Below are positions 13,391-27,090 of a stretch of 64,000 nt of DNA, piece by piece (position 1 is the stretch's first letter; every line of letters begins with the position of its first letter). Under the pieces are notes generated by a model that had not been told where the DNA came from, did not search any database, and worked only from the letters and a program-made list of their open reading frames with translations. Position numbers and translations under genes: made by a program. This DNA is from the human T2T-CHM13v2.0 reference genome, Homo sapiens. Location: NCBI RefSeq assembly GCF_009914755.1, contig NC_060928.1. The stretch is one strand, 5' to 3'.

Positions 13391-13568
13391 CAATGTTGCA
13401 GCTAGGCTGCTGGGGTCCTGCAGGGCACCCCCTCCCCGGCCCAGACAGCACCTCTCTTTCTTGCCTGAGTTTGGAATCTTTTGAGAATAAACAGTGGAGT
13501 GGCAATGGAGGTTAAAATAGCATCCACTTCGATGATAAGGCTCGGGATGAGAACCAAAGACTCCCTAA

Positions 13569-14160
<592 letters not shown>

Positions 14161-15507
14161 TCATGAAAACGGAGAGTATCTCGAGAGAACATCTGAGAAC
14201 TTACAGACTCAAAAATAGGCACTGTGTTGGCCAGTCCCAGCTCCTGCCTCTGTGTAGCGGACAGCCTCCCCTCTCCATAAGAGATGGTTATTAATTAAAA
14301 TGTTAACCATCTTCAGGGACACAGCATTCACTCACCCTTTCAATCAAGAGTTGAGGCTCGCTTTCACCTCTGCTGTCCTCTGTGGAGTTGAAGGGACTCC
14401 TACTCTCCTTGTCATAGGTTCTCATCCACCTGAGAATAAGCCTGTATTATACAGTTCTTACATTTCCCTTTAACAAGTTAAACAACTTCCAACTCCTTTG
14501 TAACCTTTGCTCGTTTCTGCTTTTGATTTTCTGCAGTTTTACTGTATTGCTCTTAAAATGCAGGCAGCAAAGCACGGCACGCCGCCGCATCACCGGGCCT
14601 GACCTCCGCTGCATGTGCACAGCCCGACGGCTGCTCCCTGGCGATGCCATGTCCTCTCGGTTCAGCGCGGCCACACTCGCTCTCTCTGTCAATTTCAGAG
14701 CAGCGCCAGCTCTCACATTCTGCTTTAGGCACCCAATAACCCCCAAGGTTTTGTCTTTTGACAAGAGACTGATTTCAATAACTTTCTCCTGATAAGAAGA
14801 CCACTGAGTGACTATGAACTAGCTCTGTCCAGTTGACAGAGGCTGTGCGCCGAGTGCTGTCTCCCTCCGGGATCTGCATAAAACGGCGTGCATTCAGTCC
14901 TCTAAAGCATTTATCCATGTTATTACTGAAAGACGCCTTATTATTCAACAAGCATTTGTTTAACTTAACTGGGTTACGGTGACTTCTGTTCCTCCTGTCT
15001 TCGGAACCTGGCCAACATGGAGGCATTTGCAGGAGCATGAAGAAGGGGCCTCCCCACTTCCTTCAGCCTTAGAGTGAGCACCAAATTGCAAACATTTTCT
15101 GCTTCGAGGAAGCAACGCGCCAGCCAGTGCCCAGCACTCCTGCTCTGCTCTGCCTTGGGCCACCGTTTCCCAAACTGGAGGCTCTGGGACATTTTGAGAG
15201 CGTTGTCGATAATGAAGATGAGGCAGAAGCTTCTCCGAAGCAGGCTGTACGATGAAGGCCAGCACCAGGGTCACCTGACCTATCACCGGTCGGCCCATTG
15301 CTCCCCACTAGGCAATGCTGGCCTCCTCCCTGAACTCTAAACCCTGCAAGCGCCCTCCTGCCTCTGGGATCCTATCCTCACTATGGCCCTGTCTAGAATG
15401 CTCTTCCTCTTTCTTTTGTAAACTAAAAATGAAACCCTAAGCTCTCTAACCAACTGAACCTTCTCTTGGTCAAGCAGACCCCTGAGAAACCTTAAAAACT
15501 GAGTGCC

Positions 15508-15826
<319 letters not shown>

Positions 15827-16030
15827 AACCTGAGTTCCTGGCCATGACAAGAAGGGAAGTTAAACACACCTCGCTAGACTCCCTCTTTTTCACACTTTAG
15901 ATACAACTGACCAGCATATGATAGAGATCATAAGACTGACACAATGGACTCTCCATGGCAATAAGATACCAAGTTAGAAACAAGACCTGGCCGTGCCAGG
16001 TAAGGGTTAAGTCATGCAACTCTACACTTA

Positions 16031-16350
<320 letters not shown>

Positions 16351-16940
16351 AAATAAACCATGATCTAACTGCCACAAGCTTTTTCTTCTTCTCTAGCAGC
16401 TAAACAAGCACTGGCCTTGAGATAAGCAATGTTGAAGCAACTGCAGCTTACCAGCCACCAGATGCTAACTGAGCCCCTGTTCCACCAGCCACGACTACAG
16501 CTTTGATTGGACAAGAGACTGATTTCAATAACTTTCTCCTGATAAGAAGACCACCAAGTGACTATGAACTGTTCTGTCCAGTTGACAGAGGCTGTGCACT
16601 GAGTGCCTTCATGTCCTAAAAAGATCTTTGGATTCATAGGGCCTAACTGTAATACACTGAAATGTTACGTCCCCACCCCAAGGTGAACATGGGTTGTATG
16701 TTACATGCATGTTTGTTTAATACACATGTGTTGGGACCACCTTCATGAATATTAATAGCTCCTCCTGTAATCTGTTGACTAGGTCTGTTTAGCCAACCCA
16801 TTCAGCATAAATCTCCTACCCCAGCTCCTCCAACCTCCAAGTGCCTGTCTCTGGCCTTGGCCAGAGGCTGTACTTTCCAGCCTGCAGAATGGCCTTCTTG
16901 CAGGCTATAACCATTTATAAGAAATAAGGTTTCCTTTTCT

Positions 16941-17248
16941 GGCCAGGCGCAGTGGCTCACACCTGTAATCCCAGCACCTGGGGAATCCGAGGTGGGCGAA
17001 TCACTTGAGGCCAGGAAGTTGAGACCAGCCTGACCAAAATGTTGAAACCCTATCTCTCCTAAAAATACAAGTTAGTGGGGTGTGGTAATGTACACCTGTA
17101 ATCCCAGCTACTCAGGAGGCTGAGGCAGAAGAATTGCTTGAGCCTGGGGTGGAGGTTGCAGTGAGCCGAGATTGCATCACTGCACTCCAGCCTAGGTGAC
17201 AGAGAGAAACCCTGTCTCAAATAAATAAATAAATAAATAAACAAAGTT
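16941..17248 (+). mobile_element. AluS with (TAAA)n tail
   Basis: Perfect 17-bp TSD ataaggtttccttttct at 16924-16940 and 17249-17265. Confidence 0.93.
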
Positions 17249-17457
17249 ATAAGGTTTCCTTTTCTCAATTTATAAATCTTGTTATTTTTTTTCAGTTACT
17301 TTCAACCCATTGACATTTTTCTTCCAATCACATTCTTTCTTCCCTCACATTCCTACCTGCTAAGCATTCCCTGAACACTAGAACTGTGGAAGTGGTGTGT
17401 GCCTATTCCAGGCCTTCCCTCCCTCCCCCTGTATTTCCCATGCACCATCCTTTGGAC

Positions 17458-17650
17458 CACTCCTGCCCAATAGAACTTTCCATGATGTCAGCAATATTCT
17501 GTATCTGCGCTGTCCAATATGGTAACCACAAGCCACACTTGAAATGTGGCTAATGAGACTGATGAACAGAATTTTTAATTTTACTTAATTCCAATGTAAG
17601 TTTAAAGAGCCACATGCAGCCAGTGCCTACTGTGTTGGACAGCACGGCTG
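17458..17650. mobile_element. MER3-like hAT-Charlie MITE
   Basis: ccaatagaactttc...gctgtccaatatggtaaccac...gccacatgcagccagtgcctactgtgttggacagcac. Confidence 0.75.
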
Positions 17651-18256
17651 TAGCCCTTCCCTCATCTGCCAGCTGGAAGTTGAAACTGAGGGTAACCTGG
17701 GAGCCACCTATTGCAGACGGTGGAGGCTCTGTTAGGTTGAGGCCCTGAATGACTGCATGGAGCAGAGCATACATCCTATTGCCACACCCTGCTCCTGATC
17801 AGAAACTTTATGTGAGAGAGAAATTAACACCCACCATGTTAAGCCACTGAGGTTTTGGAGTTTATCTGTTAGAGCAACTACTATCACCTTAACAAATCAG
17901 GTCAGTCTGCTGTTACTGTAACAAATCAGCCAATAGGCTGGCTCCGAGGACAGGAAGATAAGTAAGAAGTAGCCCCTGGCTTCAAAAAGCCCCCTCTCAG
18001 GACGATACCTGGTCCACAAGACACATGCAACGTCATCTGCAGAATGAATGAATGCGTTATTCCAGTGTTACACTTCTCATTTTTCAGCTAAATTAGAAGC
18101 TCATTGAGGGACTGGACCCCATTCCCCCAAATTACGCACATTATATATTGTATTATGTGTATTCTATACAGTGCTAGCAAACTGCAGGGGTTCACTAATG
18201 AAGGAATGAATGAATGAATCCGTGGAGGCCAGCAGCCCCATAAAAAACCCTGCTGT

Positions 18257-18560
18257 AGCTGGGTGTGGTGGCTCATGCCTGTAATCCCAGCACTTTGGGG
18301 AGCCGAGGCGGGTGGATCACAAGGTCAGGAGATCGAGACCATCCTGGCTAACACGGTGAAACCCCCGTCTCTACTAAAAATACAAAAAAAATAGCCGGGC
18401 GTGGTGGCGGGCCCCTGTAGTCGCAGCTACTCGGGAGGCTGAGGCAGGAGAATGGTGTGAACCTGGGAGGTGGAACTTGCAGTGAACCCATATTGCGCAC
18501 TGCACTCCAGCCTGGGCGACAGAGCAAGACTCCATTTCAAAAAAACAAAACAAAACAAAA
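18257..18560 (+). mobile_element. AluY
   Basis: Y diagnostics gatcgagaccatcctggctaacacgg; TSD ccc(t/c)gctgt. Confidence 0.92.
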
Positions 18561-18731
18561 CACCCCGCTGTCGGATGCTGCGGGCTCTTTCTCCTTCCTG
18601 CCCACCAAGGCTCCCCACAATTGCTCTTGTCCTTCGTTTCCCGTCTCCCTCCTTTTCCCTCATCACCTCTCACATACAATCGCTCAACGGATGATCCCCT
18701 TACTCTCGTTCTCAAAGCTGTGGAAATTCTC

Positions 18732-19206
18732 TGTTATAGGCCCGTGTCCCCCTCAAAATGCATATGTTGAAATCCTAACCCCTAGTCCCTCAAAATGTGC
18801 CCCTATTTGGACACAGGGTTGTTGCAGGTGTAATTAGTTAAGCTGAGATAAGATCATACTGGCAGGGGTTGTGGGGGTTGGGGGGGTTGGGCCCTAATCC
18901 CACATGACCAGTGTTCTCTTTAAAAAAACAAATTTGCACACAGACAGACATGTAGGAGGAGCACTATACACAGAAAAAGACAGTGATTGGGGTGAGGCTT
19001 CTCCAAGACAAGGAACACCGAAGATCGCCAGGGAATCTCCAGAAGCCTGGGGAGAGGCACGGCGCAGGCTCTCTCACAGCCCCAGGAGGAGCCAACCCTG
19101 CCGATACCTTGACCCTCCAGGCTCCGGAACTCGGGGCCATACATTTCTGTTGTGGAAGCCACCCAGTTTGCGGTACTTTGTTAGGGAGCCCTAGGTAACA
19201 AACACA
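18732..19206 (+). mobile_element. MLT1C-like solo LTR
   Basis: tgttatagg...gtgtccccctcaaaa...ggtactttgttagggagccctaggtaacaaacaca. Confidence 0.8.
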
Positions 19207-21837
19207 TGTTCCCACTAACTTTTTTGATAGAAAGGGATCCACTGGTACCGAGAAAGAAGCTTCTGCGCTCTCTGGGGGCCTCCCAGGCCCAGGGATCTCT
19301 TGTATTGGTGAGTTTGCTGGAAAAGCATCAGAGACTCCCCTGGAGGCATGGCCAGGTGTTTCCCAGGATGCTGTGATTTCAAACTTTCTGTCCCACTTTT
19401 CCTGATGAATACACATAACTCTCACTTTTCAAGCTTCACTATTCCACTCTACAGATCACAGGACTCAGGCGCTAGATTCACCATCATCACAAAAATATTA
19501 GAAAATTTTTCTAATTTTCCACAAGGCAGATTCAAAAGCCACAGCCCTTATTTTCTGGGACATCAAGTCCAAGATCAGTATGTTGATGCCACCATGTCAT
19601 TTATTTTAATTTGCTTGGTGGTTCACTGAATACTTATTGAGCACCTACTTTGCATGAGGTGCTATGGGATGTTTTTGTCAAGGCTTTGAAAATTAGCCGG
19701 GAGAATGGATAGAAGGGAGCTTGGCATCATATTTTATTCCAGAACCTGCCCGTCTCCTGGAGAGCCGCTGTGTAAAGAGCCATTTGCAAGCTCATCACAG
19801 TGATTAGCCAGAAGCAAGCAAGCAAGCAAGCAAGAGGGAGCCTGCCATTCCTCTCCCGGCCCCACCTGGAGCTCACACCTTCTGCAGCCTGTCTGCAGCC
19901 ACACTCAGGCCCTGCAGGGGGCCCGCCTGGGCCAGGATGATCCCCAGAAGACAGGTCTGCTTCCCCACAACTTGGAAGCTAAGTGGAGAAAAATGCACCT
20001 TTCTGGCTAACAGAACACCTCCTCACAAGGCCCCCATGCCAACGACAGAGTCCTGGCAGAGCGTGGCTCTGTCACACTCGAGTTAGCACAGCCACCAGGA
20101 GTTGGGTAGTTCTCAGCTCACGCCGTCCTCCGAAAGGCTCTAGCAAACCAGAAATCAAAGTGGAGCCCCGCTGCATGCCAGCTGACAGCCTGCAGCAGAT
20201 AAAATGGCAAAAACCACTGCTGCTGCCGGGGCTCTGGAGACCCTCCACTCACACACACAGCCCTCCAGGTCACTGGGAAGCATTTCCTGCCACCCCCAGC
20301 CTTCCCTGGGTGCCTGTGTCCTTGACCGGTGGCTCCAGTGGGCGGCCTCCCAGGCTGTCACTGGCCGCTGGCCCACTCTCTGCCCACCTCCTCTGCCAGG
20401 CCTGAGCACGCCAGTCTTTTTGGCCAGAGCGAATCCTACCTGTAGGATTTTCACTTATCTCTGTAAAGTGGAAAAAAAGTCAAGCAAGTCATATTGGAAA
20501 CTGAAGCCAAAGCACTTAACCTCCTCTTGGGAAGGAGTTCTCCTCCTGGGACTGGCTTTGCTGTGCCAAGTTCAGGAAAGAAAAGCAAATGTGAGAACAA
20601 AGGTGCCTGGCTGTGCCGCCCGGCTGATGGGCAGGTGGCTGGCCCCGCTCCATGGTGGCGGCACCTGGCCAAGACCATTTCCTTTCTCCACAGAAGTGGC
20701 TGCACTCACACCTGGTAACGTCAGCAGCACCTGAGAGGAGCGCAGAGGTGCAGCCACTGATGCCCACCGAGAGGCAGCGTCCTAGGCTGCCTGACCCCAG
20801 CGTGGGAGCGTGTCTGAGCTGACTGCATTGCTGAACCCTAACTTCCCCGTCTCTGAACTGGAGATGATCCCACCACGTACTCATGCGTCTTCGGACGCTT
20901 AATTAATCAACAGTGATTGAATGCCTTGAAGTCGAAGCATGCTGGAATAAACAGCACCTCTGGTGAAGAGGAGTCACTGCCCTGGCCTTCGGCTCAGATG
21001 TCTGGATCATAATTCAAGGCTAGTCACTAATTTTAGTGTGTGGCCTTCATATTTCTGTTTCTTTGCAATGCAGGCAATTGACTAAATCACCTTATGGTTT
21101 CCTGCTCTTTGTCTGGATTGACGGATTTGGGCAAGTTTCCCCTCCAGCCTCCAGGCTGCAGAGCCCTTCCCTGCTCTCCTCTGGCAGTCACCACCCACCT
21201 CCTTCTTTGCTCATTCATGCCTCCTCCAGGCCTCAGAGAGGACACCCTCTCCGTGAAGTCCTCCCTCTGCCTCGACCACACCCCAGCGCCAGCCTGAGCT
21301 GAGTTCCTCCTGGCAGCCGTGCCCCCACTTCCCCTCCAGAGCACTGCCCCTTCTCCTGGGCTCCACAGAGAGGGCAGGGACTGTGGCTGTGTTTCCCTCA
21401 CCAGCCGGTACATGGTGTGACACACAGCAGGTCCTGGTGATGGAAGAAGTACACAATGCTTGGGTCACGACTGACCTAATGAAGAGGTTCACCCAAAGGG
21501 AATGAGCCCCTTCCCTAATTTCATGGGTCTTCAATGAAACCCAAGCCCACAAAGGCTTTTTAGTGGACACAGGCTGCTTTAAAGGAATCAATAAATCAAT
21601 TTCCAGGTTCTCAACTTCCTAAAATTGATCTGCCAAGAATGTGCCAGCATTCTGCAGGGTCGTTTCCCCTCCCCACCCCCTTCCACAACAGTCTTCTCTA
21701 TGAACAGAAGAAAGTCCTTCCTCTCACCCATCCTGAATTGCCTTGGGGTGCAAACACCTCTAGGACACTAAAAAAGAGACAATTCCTGAATACACTATTC
21801 TTGAGGACTCTTTAAGGTCAAGGCAGGGAGAGCTTCA

Positions 21838-22271
<434 letters not shown>

Positions 22272-22849
22272 TTATTGTAGGGTCTATACAGGAAAATAGA
22301 TTGGGGCCACTGCATGAATTCACAGGCAAGGGGTGCCAGACTGGGGAGGAGCACAGCCTCCTGCCATCTCCCGAGGAGGAGTAGTGCAGAGCTGAAAAGC
22401 CCGGGAGGATAGATGAGGGAGAGACCTCAGATTCGAAGGGCCCCTCCTTACAGATTGTGGGACACGCACATTTGCTTCCCCACCAGACCTCCGTTTTCTG
22501 CCTGTTCAATATTTTAAAGGTGTTTCTTTGGATTTGTCGTTGAGTCTACAGAACAGAGAGAAGTGAAAACCTTTTTAAAAAGGAAAGGAGAGAACCTTTT
22601 AAAAAGGAAAGGAGAGGTCTAGAAAGACTGAGAAAAGCATTTGGGGACTGCAGTGAGAATGAACAACAGAAATCAAAGTAAGAGGGAAATTAAAAGAACG
22701 AAGAAATGTAAAACGACAAGAACAACAGCAAGTTAGTGATTTCTCTAAAATGCATCTTGTGAGAAGAAAGCTAGGCTTTCTTTTTACAGGAACTCAGGAA
22801 GCTGTGAATTCAGGGGGATCCTAGACTTGAGTAGAAAAACAATTACCTC

Positions 22850-23866
22850 TTATTTTCACTAACCTCTAGCTGAAACTTAGCATTTCCTTTAATTATAAAT
22901 GTGGCCACTGAACCACAGTAGTATTAGCAGTTCCTGTGGTTTGTTCCCAGTAGAAATCACAGATATTTTCATATCCCATTACCAGTCGCTGCAAATATCT
23001 TGAAATATTATTTACCCTTATCACTACTTCAAAGTTATGGTGGTTATTAAACCTGCATGAGATCTTGTTATGTAACACATTAATAAAAAGCACATATATA
23101 CTCTATCACAAATGGGTTTTTTAAAATATTGATAATTGTATATCAATATAATTGGTTTTCATTGTAATCCTCTGTGTTTTTTTAAGAGACAGCATTTCCC
23201 TCGGTCGCCCAGGCTGGATTGCAGTGATGTCATCATAGCTCACTGTAACCTGAAACTCCTGGGCTCCCTCCTCAGCCTCCCAAGTAGCTCGGACTACGGG
23301 AATACATTACCATGTCCAGCTCATTTTCTTTTTTTTTTCGAGACGGAGTATCGCTCTGTCCCCCAGGCTGGAGTGCAGTGACACGATCTCGGCTCACTAC
23401 AAGCTCCGCCTCCCGAGTTCACGCCATTCTCCTGCCTCAGCCTCCGAGTAGGCTAGGACCACAGGTGCCCGCCACCACGCCTGGCTAATTTTTTTTTTTG
23501 TATTTTTAGTAGAGATGGGGGTTTCACCGTGTTAGCCAGGATAGTCTCGATCTCCTGACCTCCTGATCTGCCCATCTTGGCCTCCCAAAGTGCTGGGATT
23601 ACAGGCGTGAGCAACTGTGCCTGGCCAAATTTTCTTAATTTTTTTTTGTGGAGACAAGAGTCTTGCTGTGTTGCAGGCTGGTCTTGAACTTCTGGACTCA
23701 ACTGATTGTCCCACCTCGGCCTCCCAAGCGCTGGTATTACAGGTGTGAGCCACTGTGCCTGGCTGATATTTAATACAATACTATGCACTTAAAAACGTTG
23801 TTCTAAAACAGTGTCCATAGACTGCAAAAGGGGTCCATGGTGAAAAAAATTTTTTAAGAATCCCTG
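22850..23866 (-). mobile_element. Charlie4a/MER80-like DNA transposon interrupted by Alus
   Basis: End gtccatagactgcaaaaggggtccatgg...taagaatccctg; internal AT-rich Charlie4-like sequence at 22850-23177. Confidence 0.65.
23178..23764 (-). mobile_element. AluJ (23178-23325 and 23627-23764) with AluY (23326-23626) inserted in its middle A-rich linker
   Basis: J right arm, then a complete Y-type Alu (caagctccgcctcc...ttcacgccattc, gtgttagccaggat), then the J left arm. Confidence 0.88.
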
Positions 23867-25237
23867 CTTTAAACCCATACTCCAGAAACTTTCTATCTGT
23901 TCATGGTGATAGCAGGCTGCGGCGTCTACAGGGAGTGAAAACTCACCGCCCACACTAGAGAAGTGGCATGAGTTAGGCTGAGGGCAGCAAACGCTCTCCC
24001 AGAGACCTGCTGGCTACACTCTGGGTCTCAGTGAAGAGGGCAGCATTTCCCGTGTTTAGCAAATGCACCAGCCTCAAACACAGGCATGCCGCTCGCTCTC
24101 CAGCTTCTTCTAACCCACGATTCAAGCCCCTGGAGAAAAGCAGTCCCAGAGCCCCAGGTTTCTCCCCAAATCTCAAGTACCACAAGGTGTTGCACCTCAG
24201 CAAGGACCTTGGGTGGCACATGTGAGTTTGAATCCCGCTGCGTAGCCTCCCTTCAGCTTTTGCGCAATTTGGCATCTGGAGTAACCAGAGAGAACTGACC
24301 CCAACTCTATCCTCAACTTGCACCAGCAAATGGGCCCTAAACAAAAGTCTCTGGAAGTCGACAGCCTGGACCTATCACCATGATTCAGTGAGACCAGCAG
24401 CATGAATTATCTACTAAAACACAGTAATGCTAATTTTATCCCTGTCATTTCCCTGCTTGAGGAAACAAGGAAAACTCAGTTCTTTGGGAGGGGTCAAGGG
24501 AACAAGAAGAAGCCATTTTTCTCAGGAAGCCCTGGGGAGCAGTGCAGAGACAATGAACTTGGAAGTCAGACCCCGGCGCTCGCTCAGTATGGGGGCCCAG
24601 GGAGAGTTCATAAACTTTCCCAGCCCCAGTCCCCTCATCTATAAAATCATGTCTGACCTGCCAGAGTGCTTGAAGATAAAAAAGCCCACCCGCATGGTGC
24701 TCTTCCCTTCCTTCATAATAAAACAGAGGGATTCCTCACCAAGGAAGGCGGTGAGAAGTATCTTTTTCAAGAGAAAAAAACGGCAAAACTAATAAAATTG
24801 TGTGCTTGTCAGGAGCAAAGCTAGCCTTTCTTCCTCTCTCTCTGACTTTGGTTGAACTTGAAATGCTGTAGCAATGCTGCCTGCCTCTCTCTTCTGCCAG
24901 AAATCTTCCAGGTTTTTTGGTCTAGAATCAGCCAGACCTTGCTGAGCATCTGAATATTTGCTAACACCACAAAGCAGAAAATCTGCTCAATAAGCCTGTC
25001 TTAAGCAGGGGCTCTGGCCTGGGGTTCAGAAACCAGGGTCCCTGAGCTTTGGGGAGGGAGAAAGAGGCTCAGAGCTCCCAGGCACTGATACAGTCAGGGG
25101 ATTCAGAGGTCCCAGATCTGTCAACTGGGGCAAGCAAAGTTCCCCCAAATTTAAGGCACCAACATTTTGCCAGCTTTTTATCTACATTAGCAAGCAACAA
25201 TAAGTTTTTAATCAGTCATTATAAGTTATTTTATTTC

Positions 25238-25646
25238 CTTTTTTTTTTTTTTAAGCTACAGAGTCTTGCTCTGTTGCCCAGGCTGGAGTGCAGTGGCATA
25301 ACTGGAAGCTCAAGTGATCCTCCTGCCTCAGCTTCCAAGTAGCTGGGACTACAGGTGCTTCCCAAGTAGCTGGGACTACAGGTGCTTCCCAAGCAGCTGG
25401 GACTGCAGGTGCTTCCCAAATAGCTGGGACTACAGGTGCTTCCCAAGCAGCTGGGACTGCAGGTGCTTCCCAAGTAGCTGGGACTACAGGTGTGCACCAC
25501 ACGCCAGGCTAATTTTTAAATGTTTTTGTAGAGATGGGGTCTCACTATGTTTCCCAGGCTGGTCTTGAACCCCTGGGCTCAAGTGATCCTCTCTCCTCAG
25601 CCTCCCAAAGTGCTAGGATTACAGGCATGAGCCACCACGCCTGGCC
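25238..25646 (-). mobile_element. AluJ with internal minisatellite
   Basis: Antisense Alu consensus expanded by a tandem repeat. Confidence 0.9.
25331..25491. repeat. 27-bp minisatellite, 6 copies
   Basis: Unit gcttcccaagtagctgggactacaggt (first copy 26 nt), with single-base variants between copies. Confidence 0.95.
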
Positions 25647-25859
25647 TTAATTCAGTTTTCTTATTGTCCTATCAAATTATGAATTTGTGGTAAAATACGT
25701 AAAAGGCCCTTTGGTGTTTTTTTGATTTTTATTTTTCCATTCAAATAAAAATAATTTTCACAAATCCGAATCACACCACCCCTCAGAGAGCACGCTATGC
25801 TTTTCAGAGTGGTTTTTGATTACCATTTTCAATGGTAATTGGTAACAATGGTAACAGCT

Positions 25860-26055
25860 GGTAACAGCTCCAATTTTTTGTTATAAGTTTAAATCATGTT
25901 AAAAGATTTCCTTTCTTGCATATGGTATTTTGTCTCCCTCCTTTATTTTATTATTTTATTTTTTTGAGTCGGGGTCTCGCTCTGTTGCCCAGGCTGGAAT
26001 GCAGTGGCATGATCTCGGCTCACTGCAGCCTCTGCCTCCTGGGTTCCAGCGATTC
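25860..26055 (-). repeat. Inverted copy of 22032-22235 (Alu 3' part plus unique flank)
   Basis: 25869-25933 is the exact reverse complement of 22161-22225 (65 nt, non-Alu); ~95% identity overall. Confidence 0.93.
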
Positions 26056-26544
26056 TCCCTCCTCATGGGCACTGGGTTCACTCAGCTCCACTGCCCCAAC
26101 CTATGTCTCTGAGCCAGCATGGATCTCCTTTCTGTTCTCTTGGTGCCGATGAGCTCATTTTTTGACATTTCAGCTTCTTGTGACTTGCCTTTGGTTTGGT
26201 TGTTTTACTTTTAATACTTTTGCCAGCAAAGACCTACAGCCTCTCTGAACCTTTTTGGGACTGGCCCTGGTCAGCTGTCCTTTGATCTCCATATTCATAC
26301 TTTATTTGGAAATAAAGCTTTGTTATCATATGGAATCCAGAGTCTTCACCCTGTCTGTGAAGCAAGTACGGGTTTATTTATTTAGGGCTGGGAGACATCT
26401 CTGATTTCATTTGGAAGCTGTCACTTTGCTTTTCCTTTGCCCTATGAGAGACTGGGTTGCTAGAAGGAGTGAAGATGGTCTATTGTGTTCCTTTTCATCA
26501 TTATCTCATTTTGTTGTTATTTTCTATGTTTCTCTCTTTAAGAA

Positions 26545-27090
26545 ATCATAACAGTTTTATTAAGATATAGCTCACATACCATACAATTCACCTATTTGAA
26601 GCACATAATTCAATGCTTTTAATATATTCACAGAATGGTGCAACCATCACCACCATGAATTTTGGAACAGTTTTGTCACCCCAAAAAGAAATTTCATATG
26701 CATTAGCATTTACTGCCCATCTCCTCCCAATTTACCCCCTCACACTCCCACCTCCAGGCAGCCACTAACTTATTTCTGAGTCTATGGATTTGCCTATTTG
26801 GGACACTTCATATAAATGAAATCATACAACGCATGGTCTTTTGTAACTGGATTCTTTCACTTAGCATGATGTTAAATATACATAGTATCATCTGTATCAG
26901 TACTTCATTCTTTGTATTGCCAAACAATATTGTATGGATATAAGTTTTACTTATCAGTTGATGGGCATCTGGGTATCCACCTGCTGGCTGTTACATACAA
27001 TGCTGCCGTGAACGTTCATGCGCAAGCTTTTGTGTGGCCACATGTTTTCATTTCTCTTGGATATAGACCTAAGACTGGAATTGCTGGGCT
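26545..27090 (-). mobile_element. Old L1 (L1MB-like) 3' end
   Basis: acagttttattaagatatagctcacataccatacaattcacc...ttcatataaatgaaatcatacaa... Confidence 0.8.

Noticed and set aside
19911-19922. CTCF-like motif cctgcagggggc (also cccctaggtggc near 34434)
   Set aside because: Only partial matches to the core motif; not distinguishable from background without ChIP data.
22568-22617. Two-copy tandem duplications (also ~42341-42360, ~58890-58924, ~62758-62790)
   Set aside because: Ordinary slippage duplications of 10-25 bp with no evident function.
25331-25491. 27-bp repeats as a CRISPR-like array
   Set aside because: The units are head-to-tail with no spacers and derive from Alu sequence; the context is eukaryotic.
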